From: Candidatus Binataceae bacterium
Lineage (GTDB): Bacteria > Desulfobacterota > Binatia > Binatales > Binataceae
DNA length: 64,000 bases
Assembly: GCA_035650475.1 (NCBI GenBank)
Contig: DASRHP010000010.1
Span: 138,591-202,590 of the forward strand
Direction of reading: 5' to 3'
Under the pieces are notes generated by a model. It was not told where the DNA came from. It did not search any database and worked only from the letters and a program-made list of their open reading frames with translations. Numbering within the stretch: the first letter of the stretch is position 1; every line of letters begins with the position of its first letter. Positions 8,997 through 18,081 of the stretch are shown here, piece after piece. The position numbers and the translations under genes are program-made.

Positions 8997-10403
8997 GTGA
9001 TGCTCCCACAGGAGACCTTGGCGTTTCGTCGCATCGCGGCCGCGCTGCAGGAGAGCCGCGCGCCGTACTGCGTGCTTCACGGCTGGCGCGATCTGGGAAA
9101 CCGCGAATCGACCGATATCGACATTGCAGTGTCGCCGGGCGCACTGGCGGTGGTTGAAGATGCGCTGAGTCGCGACGGCTGGCACATAATACAGCTCATC
9201 AATTACGAGATCGGAGGCTACTTCTTTGTAGCCACCAGCAGCTCACACGAGCGGCGCGATCTTCTGTGCATCGACGCGATAACCAGTTTTCGTCACAACG
9301 GGCGTCTCTATCTCGACGCCGACGACCTTCTCTCCGGTATCCACACGCACCAGGGTCTGTCGATCGCTGCGCTGGGCACCGAATTCGGCTATCTGCTGGT
9401 GAAGAAAATCATTAAGGGTGCGTTTCCTATACATCAGCGCGTGTTGCTGACGGAGTTGTCCTCGCAGCTTGAGGAGCGGGCGCTTCGAATATCCATTCGG
9501 CTTTTGGGCTCTCGCCTCGGAAAGGAGATGCACGAGTGGATCAAGGGCGCACGGTGGAATGCCGTACAGGGGAACTTGGGGCGGTTGCGTCGCGCGCTGC
9601 GCCGCCAGGCGGCGCGGCGCTATCCGGGTAACCGCCTTGGCTATTGGCCAGGCGAGTTGAAGCGGCTGTGGGGCCGATTTCGCCTCCACACGGGGCTTGC
9701 GGTGGCGCTGCTCGGCCCCGACGGAAGCGGAAAGAGCGCACTGATTGAGCGGATGCGAACCGACCTTCGCGCCGCCTTCCGTGAGTCAGCCGTGTTTCGG
9801 CTGCGCCCGGACATCTTTGGACGCAACTCAGCCGGGGTCAATCCGCATCCCCACGGCGCGCCCAGCCGATCGGCCTCGGCTTCAATCGTAAAGCTGGCGC
9901 TTCTGCTGGTCGACTACATTGCAGGCTACGCGTCGTTGGTCAAGCCGCGCCTGGTACGAAATGACCTTGTACTGTTCGATCGCTACTATCACGATCTGCT
10001 CGCGGATCCCGTGCGCTATCGATTAAGGGGCCTGTCGCGATTAGTGCGCCTGGTCAGTGGCTTTATACCCGAGCCCGATCTCTTTCTGATACTTGACGCT
10101 CCGGAAACAATTATACTCGGGCGCAAGACTGAGCTTCCATGTGAGACGCTTAACGCTCTTCGCGGAGTCTATCGCGATCTTGCCCAATCCCTGGGACAGG
10201 CGGTGGTAATCGACGCTTCAATTGACTGTGCAGGCGTGGCGCGAGCCGCAGAAACGATAGTCTGCGACTATCTGCATAGCCGCTACCTGGCGCGCCGGCA
10301 CGAGTGGTTCAGGCAGCCGGCACGCGCAGACCTCAAGAGCGACGGAGCGCTGCTGACGCGGGCGCCGGAGCCCGGTGTCGAGTCGGCGCTGCGAGTTCAG
10401 TAA
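8997..10403 (+). CDS. Fusion protein: N-terminal nucleotidyltransferase-like domain + C-terminal P-loop (thymidylate-kinase-like) domain
   Basis: N-terminus: YCVLHGWRDLGNRESTDIDIAVSP, a GxxD..DxD-like nucleotidyltransferase-fold motif. C-terminus: Walker A LLGPDGSGKSAL, then LVLFDRYYHDLLADPVRYRL, as in dTMP-kinase-like small-molecule kinases. G+C is visibly lower than in the neighbouring genes. Confidence 0.45.
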   Translation: MMLPQETLAFRRIAAALQESRAPYCVLHGWRDLGNRESTDIDIAVSPGALAVVEDALSRDGWHIIQLINYEIGGYFFVATSSSHERRDLLCIDAITSFRHNGRLYLDADDLLSGIHTHQGLSIAALGTEFGYLLVKKIIKGAFPIHQRVLLTELSSQLEERALRISIRLLGSRLGKEMHEWIKGARWNAVQGNLGRLRRALRRQAARRYPGNRLGYWPGELKRLWGRFRLHTGLAVALLGPDGSGKSALIERMRTDLRAAFRESAVFRLRPDIFGRNSAGVNPHPHGAPSRSASASIVKLALLLVDYIAGYASLVKPRLVRNDLVLFDRYYHDLLADPVRYRLRGLSRLVRLVSGFIPEPDLFLILDAPETIILGRKTELPCETLNALRGVYRDLAQSLGQAVVIDASIDCAGVARAAETIVCDYLHSRYLARRHEWFRQPARADLKSDGALLTRAPEPGVESALRVQ

Positions 10404-10421
10404 CGCAGCGCCGGAGGATGC

Positions 10422-11540
10422 GTGATGCGACGCGCGCTGATTCTGGACAAGCGAGCCGGGTCGTTGTCGATCCAATTGTGCCGCGCGCTCGCACGCAGGG
10501 GCTATCAGGTGGACCTCTTCGGGCAGGCGGGCTCGGCTGCTTTCTGGTCAAGGCATTGTGCCAGGGCTCTCGAGGCCCCGCCTTGGCGTCCGGACGCCGT
10601 CGCACCGGCGTTGCGGCGGATAATCGACAGAGGGACGTACGATGCGGTTTACTTGTGCAATGAAGAGATCCTGGAAATGCTGCATCACGTTCCGCATTCG
10701 GCCGCATGGAACGGGCTCCCGCTTTCGGAAACTGCAACGATCGAGCTGTTACTGAGCAAGCACGATACGCTGTCACAGATGGCGCGCGCCGGGGTGCCCG
10801 TGCCAACTACCATAATTCCGGCCAATGAACAGGAAGTGGAGCATGCAGGGCGCGAGCTGCGCCTGCCGTTGCTGGTGAAGGGCGAGCGGGGTGACGGCGG
10901 CAGAAACGTTCGGCTGGTGAAACGGCGCGGGGATCTGCGCTCGACGTACGCGCAGATCGCGTCCTGCGAGGCGGCTTATGGCGGCCGTCCCGCGCTGCAG
11001 GAAGTCATCCGCGGCGATGCCTATTCGGTCGGGGGGCTCTTTGTCGAGGGCCGCGCGCTGCGCATCTGCGCCCATCGCAAGCTGCTCACCTATCCCCCGA
11101 AGGGCGGATGGACCGTCAAGGGTGTCACGGAGCGGCCGAAGGGGTTGTTGGAAGAGAGTATGAAAGTGTTTGCGGCGCTGCGCTACACGGGCCTCGGACA
11201 CGTTGAGTTTATCCGCGACCGGCGCGACGGCCGCTACAAGTTCATCGAGCTGAATCCGCGGGTATGGGGAAGTATCGGAATTGTCGAGCACGCCGGCGTC
11301 GATCTGTATCAGGCCTACCAGGCGGTGGCGCAAGGGCTGCCAGTTGAGCCGGATCTGAGCTACCGCGAGGGCGTGCAGTACCATCGGTTCTCAGGCGAGA
11401 TCCGTACGATCCTGCAACGGCCGGCGCGGCTGCCCGGCTTTCTAAAGGACGCTCTGGATCCGCGGGTGCGCTCCGACTTCGATTGGTCGGACGCCAAACC
11501 GCATCTCTTCTCACTGAGCTGGAGTACGCGTCACAACTGA
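10422..11540 (+). CDS. ATP-grasp domain protein (carboxylate-amine ligase type)
   Basis: 372 aa. LSKHDTLSQMARAGVPVPTT...LPLLVKGERGDGGRNVRLV...GLGHVEFIRDRRDGRYKFIELNPRVWGS is the ATP-grasp core pattern. GGAGGA lies just upstream (10413-10418). Confidence 0.75.
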   Translation: MMRRALILDKRAGSLSIQLCRALARRGYQVDLFGQAGSAAFWSRHCARALEAPPWRPDAVAPALRRIIDRGTYDAVYLCNEEILEMLHHVPHSAAWNGLPLSETATIELLLSKHDTLSQMARAGVPVPTTIIPANEQEVEHAGRELRLPLLVKGERGDGGRNVRLVKRRGDLRSTYAQIASCEAAYGGRPALQEVIRGDAYSVGGLFVEGRALRICAHRKLLTYPPKGGWTVKGVTERPKGLLEESMKVFAALRYTGLGHVEFIRDRRDGRYKFIELNPRVWGSIGIVEHAGVDLYQAYQAVAQGLPVEPDLSYREGVQYHRFSGEIRTILQRPARLPGFLKDALDPRVRSDFDWSDAKPHLFSLSWSTRHN

Positions 11541-12968
11541 AGGACTGCCGATTACCGGCAATGCCGAGAAACGCGGCGAGCGGCCCGCGGCTCCTCGGAG
11601 GCGCCATTGTCCGAGATCAAGCGTGCGGCGGCCGATACGAAATATGGCCTGCGGCTCCCAATCAGCGTCCTGGTCGCGGACAGTCCCGTTACCGTCAGTT
11701 TCAAAGAAGAGGCGTGCGGATCGAATCAGGTTGTGCGACAGGACTATCTCCGCGGCGCGCGGTCCGAAATAGATTCCCGTACCAACATCATGAATTGAGT
11801 TGTGACCGAGCGACGCGGTCGAGCCCAGCGCCGCCTGAAAGCCATTGCTCGCCCGATACACTGTATTGTCCATCCAGACGATGCCGGTGGCGTGCTCCGA
11901 GTAAAAGGCCGCGCCGTGGTTCGGTCCATCGTGTGCAACATTACGTGTCACTGTTACATGTGAGGAGTTCTTTACGTCGATCCCGTTGTGATTCCAATAG
12001 GAAACGTTGTTGGCGGCGATCAAAGCGTGGTCAGCGCCCTGGCAATTTATCCCGTTGCCATGGCCTCCGGTGTAGGAGATCGTATTGGCGGCGATCACCG
12101 GCGCAGTATCGAGGGTGGGTTCTTGGAGATACATTATGCCGTTGTAGTAACGGTGATCATCGATGGGGCCGGTGCCAGTCTGAGTAACGGTGTTGCGTTC
12201 TATAATTACTCCCGTCAGTCCGCGGCGTCCGCGGTAGGAGTGGAAATATATTCCATACCCGGCGGTGCGTTCGATACGCAGGCCGCGTATTACGATGTTA
12301 CTGGCCTGGTCGTCGCTCACGTTCGCGTAGAAGCCGGCCGGCCGCACGGCGGCCTCAACGGCGCGCGCCGAAGGGCTGCCACCGTCAGGCAGCCATACGT
12401 AAAGGGCGGCCTGCCGGGAATTGAAAAACCAGCTTCCAGGCCTCATCTCGGCGACCGAACAAGAGCGGGAGGCTGAGCACTGGGCACCCGGCAGACAGCA
12501 TGCGCGAGCAAGCCCCCAGGATGGAGCCCCGTCGACGTACACGTTGCCCGGCTGCGCGCCGAGCGCAGCGCGATAAATCGGCGGACGCCAGGGCGACCAG
12601 CCCGTCACGACGTCGCTGCCGCTGATGACCGGCTGGTCGCCGTGGCCGTAAGAGGTGAAGGTCAGGGGATGCCTGGGCACGCCGCCGCGCTTTGCCACCA
12701 GCATTTCACGCCACGTGCGTCCCCTGCGCAGATGCACGGTGTCATCGGCGCCGAGGCGGGCAGAGTTAACGCGTGCGAGTGTCCTCCACGGCGCATGCAG
12801 TGTGCCGGGGCTGGAGTCGTTGCCTAGCATGGAATCGACGAAGAAATCGCTCGCACGGGCCGAGATGTTCGCAAGCGCTATGCTGAAGGTCATCAGGGCA
12901 AGCGCAAGAATGGCGGCTGGCCGGACGGGTCTCTTCCAAGCGGCGCGGCCGGCGGAACAAACGGGCAA
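11511..12968 (-). CDS. Secreted right-handed parallel beta-helix repeat protein (pectate-lyase-fold)
   Basis: Signal-like N-terminus (RPAAILALALMTFSIALANISARA). Repeated NxxxxxN/GxGI motifs follow (GYGIYFHSY, NTVTQTGTG, NTISYTGGHGNGINCQG, NNVSYWNHNGID, RNVAHDG). It is a clear paralogue of the central domain of the 19642..22734 protein. Its 3' end overlaps the convergent ATP-grasp gene by 30 nt. Confidence 0.75.
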   Translation of the reverse strand: MPVCSAGRAAWKRPVRPAAILALALMTFSIALANISARASDFFVDSMLGNDSSPGTLHAPWRTLARVNSARLGADDTVHLRRGRTWREMLVAKRGGVPRHPLTFTSYGHGDQPVISGSDVVTGWSPWRPPIYRAALGAQPGNVYVDGAPSWGLARACCLPGAQCSASRSCSVAEMRPGSWFFNSRQAALYVWLPDGGSPSARAVEAAVRPAGFYANVSDDQASNIVIRGLRIERTAGYGIYFHSYRGRRGLTGVIIERNTVTQTGTGPIDDHRYYNGIMYLQEPTLDTAPVIAANTISYTGGHGNGINCQGADHALIAANNVSYWNHNGIDVKNSSHVTVTRNVAHDGPNHGAAFYSEHATGIVWMDNTVYRASNGFQAALGSTASLGHNSIHDVGTGIYFGPRAAEIVLSHNLIRSARLFFETDGNGTVRDQDADWEPQAIFRIGRRTLDLGQWRLRGAAGRSPRFSALPVIGSPSVVTRTPAQ

Positions 12969-12991
12969 TGTCGGCGCCCGCTCGGGCCGGT

Positions 12992-14437
12992 TCAGGCAGT
13001 GGGGAATAATTGGATTGTCCTGAAAAGCGGATTCTCAGTCGGTACCACCGATGCCGCGCGCTCTCGTTCGAGCAGTCGGAAGCGCTCGGCTGCCATCCAA
13101 CACGCGCACAGGAGCAGTCCTTTCGGATAGCGGATCGGATCGAGGGGGCTTTCGACCAACGCAAGGGTAAGCAGCGGCACGACCACGAGCAGTGCCATGC
13201 TCTTGAGCTCCCAAGGGTCTTCATCGCCGGCAAAGAGACTTAGCCAGGGCCGGATGAACGCCCATAACCAGAGTAGCGTTGCCGGAATTCCCACTCCGAT
13301 CGCGATGCCGAGATAGCCATTATGAAGCGAGGTATTTGCGCCCCGCAGCCAGTAAGCGCCCCAGTCCGGGAACAGACGATCCTGAAAGATCTGCCCTTCG
13401 ACGTCGTAGCCGTATCCGGTAAGTGGACGCCGCTCTATCTGGTGCACCTCGAAACGCCACGCCTCCGTGCGCCCGGACAGATTTGCCGCGCCCCGGTTCA
13501 GATAAACGCGGGCGCCGCTACTCAGGCTGATCCATATCGCACCCGCGACGAGCGCCGCCGCCACGCACGCGAGCAAGCCCTTCAGTCTATATCTCCAGAT
13601 TGCATAAAGAGTTCCTCCGATGCCGAGCGCCACGAAGCCGGAGCGCGAGTCTGCGACCGCCGCGAGCGCGGCGGAGATCGCGATGAGTCCGCCGAGCGTC
13701 GCCTTGCGCCATCCGCTGACATGGGGCCAGCAAACCGCGCCCGCGCCGACCACAACGACCAGCAGCTGCCCTAACACGTTGGGGGTATTGAAGATGCCGC
13801 TGAATCGCGGCGGAAGCCCGGGTTCTTCGGCGCTCCACGACATCGCGGAGGGCAGGGCGACCGCCGCCACCATCTGCAAGGCGAGGATAACGCCGCAACA
13901 AACGAGAAACCGAAGGAGGATGTTTCGAACCTCCACGCCTGCGCTTATATCAGCGATCATGGCGCTCAGCCCCACGAACAGCAAAATCGCGGGGAGAAGA
14001 CGGCCGACCGAAGCCGCCGGCGCGAGCGAGTAAATCGTGGTTGCTGCGGCCCACGCATAATACAGGGCGAAGGCCTTGAAATTCCCGCGCAACAAAATCC
14101 CCGACCGCCACGCCGCCGGCACCATCGGGATACACAGCGCGGCCAGAATCGGGTAGCGAAAGATCCAACGCGACTGCGGATCGTAAGGAATGACGTTCGC
14201 GTAGGGCAGCAGTTCCTCGAGCACGAGCAGGCCCAGCAACCACGCTCTGTGCGACGAGACAAACCGTGATAGCCATATGAGCCCGCCTACTCCGACGACG
14301 GCAGCCAAACCCGCGCCCAGCGCCTTGCCCGGCAAGCTCATAAGAGCGATCATCGCGGCGGTCGTGACAGAGGCGACGGCCAGAGCCTGTCCGGCTGCTC
14401 CCGCGTTAGCTCCTTCGTGAGTATCTATCTCCATCAA
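12992..14437 (-). CDS. O-antigen ligase / polymerase-like integral membrane protein (Wzy_C family, PF04932-type)
   Basis: 481 aa with about 11-12 hydrophobic helices. A central loop plus ADSRSGFVALGIGG segment is typical of the Wzy_C domain. Confidence 0.75.
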   Translation of the reverse strand: MMEIDTHEGANAGAAGQALAVASVTTAAMIALMSLPGKALGAGLAAVVGVGGLIWLSRFVSSHRAWLLGLLVLEELLPYANVIPYDPQSRWIFRYPILAALCIPMVPAAWRSGILLRGNFKAFALYYAWAAATTIYSLAPAASVGRLLPAILLFVGLSAMIADISAGVEVRNILLRFLVCCGVILALQMVAAVALPSAMSWSAEEPGLPPRFSGIFNTPNVLGQLLVVVVGAGAVCWPHVSGWRKATLGGLIAISAALAAVADSRSGFVALGIGGTLYAIWRYRLKGLLACVAAALVAGAIWISLSSGARVYLNRGAANLSGRTEAWRFEVHQIERRPLTGYGYDVEGQIFQDRLFPDWGAYWLRGANTSLHNGYLGIAIGVGIPATLLWLWAFIRPWLSLFAGDEDPWELKSMALLVVVPLLTLALVESPLDPIRYPKGLLLCACWMAAERFRLLERERAASVVPTENPLFRTIQLFPTA

Positions 14438-14449
14438 GCACGCTCCACC

Positions 14450-17400
14450 TTATCGAATCGACGGCGCATCGCTCCGGAACCGGGTAAAGTCGAACATGTT
14501 CATCAAATCACCCACTGCGGGCCGATTCGCGGGCACGTAGGGGTCGCTCGACGCTTGCGGATTCGGCAGGTTGTCGCGCGTGCGTGAGGAAAGACGAGGC
14601 AAACCCCAATTGGCCTCGATAAATTTCAGCACCGAGGCGTGATCATAATAAGTGTGATCCACGTATCCGGCTTTAGCGTATGGGGAGATGATGACCGCCG
14701 GCACTCTGGGGCCGTCGCCGAAGAAGTCGATCGGTTGGATGTATCCGATATCGAAATAGCCACCGCTTTCGTCCATGGTGATCAGGATCGCGGTACTGGA
14801 GAAGAGCGTAGGATTGTTGATTATCGCGTTGACCACGCCGGTCGTGAAGGTTTCGAAGGCGGTCAACGTGGACTGCGCAGGATGGCCGGAATTCGAGGTT
14901 TCAGGCGCCAGGTATGCGACCGCCGGCAGCCAGTTGTTCGACACGTCGGTGATGATTTGGCTTGCGTTTGGCCCGCCCCAGTTCGTTCCGTACAGCTTCC
15001 AGCTGATCTTGTTGGCCGTGAGTCTCTGCGTGATGGTGGGGCTGCGGCCCACGGGCGCCGACGTCCCGACCGGCACGTTATTTAAGAGATAATACGTGTT
15101 GGGCGCGCAGTCACCGCCATTGAATGGCGGGTACGGCAGCGAATTGAGATAGTTCATGATCGCAGCGACCCCCGGCTGCGTCGTGTCCGAACAATTGACA
15201 TAGCTGCCGCCCGAATTGCCGTCCTGCGCGTAGAAATTGTTGGTGCCAGCCTGCGGATCGGGAATGTCGATGAGATTTGAAGGCGGTACCGTGGGGGTGC
15301 CGGAGCTGTCGTTGTAAAAGAGCACGTCGGCATGCGTCAGGTAGAAGAACTCCGGATTGGTCCCGCCCATCACGGCCTGATGATAATTGTCGGCCAATGC
15401 ATAGTTCTGCGCCATGAACAACAGGTGTGGCGCGTCTGCATTGATGTCGTAGTACCCCATCGAAAGGGCGCCCTGGTAAGTGCCGCTTGGTGAGGGCGCC
15501 GGGCTGCTTTGGATTCCGTTGCCCACGGTCTGCGCAACCCACACGAACAGGTCCATCGCGTTTTGCGCGACCTGCTGCCACATCTGGTAAAAGCGATGGA
15601 CCGGGTCGCCAACCGGCTGATCGGGCGCAACATAGGCGCTGATGCGATAGGGCCCATTCGCCAGGTCGCTTGGAAAGCGGTTGTCATTGACGTATTGGGG
15701 CTGGCCGAAGGCGTAGGTTGTATTGGGCTGCGGCAGCGCGCCGTAGGGGCCGGTGCGAGTCGGGTTGATCGAATAGACGTCGGTGTCATTGGCCTGCTGC
15801 TGGGCGGCCAGCGCAAAGTTGGGGCCCGGGGCGTTGGAAGAGGTTATGATACCCTGCGACAGCAGGTTGCGCACCGTCTGCCCGGAGGGCGGCTGGTAGG
15901 TCGCAAACAAATTATCGAAAGAGTGATTTTCGGCAAAAATCACCAACAGGTGCTTGATCGGCGTGGTGGTCGGAAAGGCGGTGGCGTCGTTGGCGGTCGA
16001 CACGCTGATGGAGCTGGTGCCGATTTGGTTCTGGCCGCTGTCATAGCCGTTGGCCGTCAGCGTGTGCGTGCCGTCAGGCAAGGTAGTCGTATTCCAGCTG
16101 TACGTCGAGGGAGCTCCCGAGGCCAGGAGGGCGCCATCAACGTATAGATTGAGCGACTGCACCGCAGAGGTCGTCGAGGTGGTGACATTTACGATGCCCC
16201 AGAGGGTTGCGCCGTTCTGCGGAGCCGTGATGCTGACGGTGTTTTCAACACTGACCGCTATCGAAGTGGTCGCGATGGTTCCGGTCGAGTTCTTTCCGTC
16301 GACGCGAATCGTGTGACTGCCGTTGGTGACGGTGGCGGAGTTCCAACTGAAGGTATAGGGCGGCGATGACGCGATGTACTTGCCGTCAACGTAAAGATTG
16401 ACCCACGACACCGGCGGCGAGGCCTGGGTTGCGATGCTTACGGTGCCGAACACGGCGGCGCCGTTGGCCGGAGAAAGGATGCTCACCAACGGGGTTGGAG
16501 TCGGAGTTGGAAAAGGTGTCGGCGACGGCGTTGGCGTCGGGCTTGCTGTGGGCGCCGGGGTCGGAGAGGGCGACGGCGTGGGCGTCGGTGACGAAGTCGG
16601 CAACGGCGTTGGCGTGGGCGAGGCAACCGGCGTCGGTGTGGAAGCGGGAGTCGGGGTCGGCGAAGAGGCCGAGTTGGCCACGTTAACGGTTATCGAGGCG
16701 GTGGCAATCACGCCCGTGGAGTTTTTTCCCTGGGCGGTGAAGGTATGGCTGCCGTTGGCCACCTTGGTGGAATCCCACGTGAAAGTGAAGGGCGGCGACG
16801 ACGCGTAATATTTGCCGTCGATTACGAGATTGATCCACGACACCGGCGGTGATGCGGTCGTAACTATACTCACTGTGCCCGAGACGACAGCCCCATTGGC
16901 AGGTGAAGTGATGCTCACCAGCGGAGCCGGCGTAGGCGATGGCGCCGGAGTGGGCGTCGGTGTGGAAGTCGGGTTCGGCGACAGCGTGGGAGTCGGCGTC
17001 GGGCTGGAGGTTGGAACCGGCGTCGGGCTCGGCGAATCTGTTGGCATCGGCGAGGGCGTGGCGGTCGGTGCCGGGGTGGGCGAGCTGGTCGGAATCGGTG
17101 ACGGCGTCGCCGTGGGAATCGGCGTAGGCGTTGGTGTTGGTGCCGGGGTCGGACTCGGAGTGGGAACGGGAGTCGGGGTCGAGGCGGGCGTTGGGGTCGG
17201 CGTCACCAGCGGACTCGGAGTTGGCGTCGAAATTGAATTGGCAACCGTTACGGCTATCGAAGCGCTGCCGACAACGGTTCCCGAGGAGCTTTTGCCGTCG
17301 GCGCGGATCGTATGGCTGCCGTTGGCAACGGTGGTCGAGTCCCAGGTGAAAGTATACGGGGGTGAAGACTTGAAGTACTTGCCGTCGATATAAAGGTTGA

Positions 17401-17650
17401 TCCAGGATACCGCGGTGCTCTTCTGAGTTGCGATGCTGACGGTGCCGGACACGCTCGCTCCGTCCGCAGGCGAAATGATAACGACCGCCGGTGTGGGAGT
17501 AGGAGTCGGAGTTGCGCTTTGGGCATCGGCGGCGGGAGCGAGGCCCGCAATCACTAAGACAACCATCATGGCTGCCGCGCCGAGCGCACGCGCCGCGCCG
17601 AGCGCGCGGTTGCACCATCGCAGCAAATCAAAGTGGGAAAAAGCAGTCAC
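14450..17650 (-). CDS. Secreted multidomain protein: signal peptide, four Ig-like (Big-type) repeats separated by Pro/Thr linkers, C-terminal phosphoesterase-family domain (phospholipase C / AcpA-like, PF04185-type)
   Basis: ORF 14450..17887. Start moved to in-frame GTG 17650: GGAG lies 6 nt upstream and the signal-like [22 protein letters not shown] follows, whereas the longer version would overlap the HTH gene at 17839..18060. The repeat [38 protein letters not shown] occurs three times plus one divergent copy. [16 protein letters not shown] opens the ~500-aa C-terminal domain. Confidence 0.8.
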   Translation of the reverse strand: MTAFSHFDLLRWCNRALGAARALGAAAMMVVLVIAGLAPAADAQSATPTPTPTPAVVIISPADGASVSGTVSIATQKSTAVSWINLYIDGKYFKSSPPYTFTWDSTTVANGSHTIRADGKSSSGTVVGSASIAVTVANSISTPTPSPLVTPTPTPASTPTPVPTPSPTPAPTPTPTPIPTATPSPIPTSSPTPAPTATPSPMPTDSPSPTPVPTSSPTPTPTLSPNPTSTPTPTPAPSPTPAPLVSITSPANGAVVSGTVSIVTTASPPVSWINLVIDGKYYASSPPFTFTWDSTKVANGSHTFTAQGKNSTGVIATASITVNVANSASSPTPTPASTPTPVASPTPTPLPTSSPTPTPSPSPTPAPTASPTPTPSPTPFPTPTPTPLVSILSPANGAAVFGTVSIATQASPPVSWVNLYVDGKYIASSPPYTFSWNSATVTNGSHTIRVDGKNSTGTIATTSIAVSVENTVSITAPQNGATLWGIVNVTTSTTSAVQSLNLYVDGALLASGAPSTYSWNTTTLPDGTHTLTANGYDSGQNQIGTSSISVSTANDATAFPTTTPIKHLLVIFAENHSFDNLFATYQPPSGQTVRNLLSQGIITSSNAPGPNFALAAQQQANDTDVYSINPTRTGPYGALPQPNTTYAFGQPQYVNDNRFPSDLANGPYRISAYVAPDQPVGDPVHRFYQMWQQVAQNAMDLFVWVAQTVGNGIQSSPAPSPSGTYQGALSMGYYDINADAPHLLFMAQNYALADNYHQAVMGGTNPEFFYLTHADVLFYNDSSGTPTVPPSNLIDIPDPQAGTNNFYAQDGNSGGSYVNCSDTTQPGVAAIMNYLNSLPYPPFNGGDCAPNTYYLLNNVPVGTSAPVGRSPTITQRLTANKISWKLYGTNWGGPNASQIITDVSNNWLPAVAYLAPETSNSGHPAQSTLTAFETFTTGVVNAIINNPTLFSSTAILITMDESGGYFDIGYIQPIDFFGDGPRVPAVIISPYAKAGYVDHTYYDHASVLKFIEANWGLPRLSSRTRDNLPNPQASSDPYVPANRPAVGDLMNMFDFTRFRSDAPSIR
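16487..16666 (-). repeat. Low-complexity Pro/Thr/Ser linker-coding repeat (PT linker 2 of the 14450..17650 gene)
   Basis: Encodes [59 protein letters not shown]. On the + strand the DNA is reiterated ggcgtcgg/ggagtcgg-type units. Confidence 0.9.
16922..17233 (-). repeat. Low-complexity Pro/Thr/Ser linker-coding repeat (PT linker 1, about 100 codons)
   Basis: Encodes [46 protein letters not shown]...[12 protein letters not shown]. The mirror + strand ORFs read GVGVG. Confidence 0.9.
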
Positions 17651-17838
17651 TCGGTGCTCCGTCCCATTCGGCTGGCGATGCCGTTGTCTGGGTTGCCACG
17701 ATGGTAACGTGCGCGTGCAACTCGGCCTACTCACTGGCGGCAATATGTAACGGAGAGGGCGGTTACACAGTGACCAGTCACCGGCAGGGAACCGCCAACC
17801 GTCAATAGTCACTTCGTCATGTGATGCGTCGCCCCGGC

Positions 17839-18060
17839 CTAGCTTGAAGGCTCTCCCTCCGAGCCCGGGGGGCGGGTCAGTCGCCACTCGTCAATCTTGC
17901 GCAGGTCGAAACGCCATCGATTGCCCACCTTGAATGCGGGCAATTCGTCCCGCTTGAGGAGGCGGTAGACGGTGGTCGGATGCACATGCAGATAGCGTGA
18001 CAGTTCCTTCACCGTCACGAGGCGCGGACGAGCCGCCTCATCCTGTTGAGCAGGTGGCAC
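17839..18060 (-). CDS. Small helix-turn-helix DNA-binding protein, excisionase/MerR-like family (TIGR01764-type)
   Basis: 73 aa. [46 protein letters not shown] is the canonical excisionase-family HTH pattern. It lies 21 nt downstream of the Crp/Fnr gene on the same strand. Confidence 0.7.
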   Translation of the reverse strand: MPPAQQDEAARPRLVTVKELSRYLHVHPTTVYRLLKRDELPAFKVGNRWRFDLRKIDEWRLTRPPGSEGEPSS

Positions 18061-18081
18061 GGGAACCCGCGCGCGGGCAGC

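Noticed and set aside
16398-17393. Two + strand ORFs encoding GVGVG-type repeats (16398..16808 and 16812..17393)
   Set aside because: They are the reverse-complement reading of the Pro/Thr linker codons of the secreted phosphoesterase gene, so they are a low-complexity artefact.
17651-17887. 79-codon N-terminal extension of the giant secreted protein (ORF track start 17887)
   Set aside because: The extension has no signal peptide and overlaps the well-supported HTH gene (17839..18060). The internal GTG 17650 has a GGAG at 6-nt spacing and is followed directly by a signal peptide.
17839-18060. Excisionase-family HTH as evidence of a prophage, an integrative element, or a mobile island boundary
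   Set aside because: No integrase, transposase, att-like direct repeats or tRNA target is visible anywhere in the window. The domain is also common in ordinary small regulators. It is kept as a regulator only.
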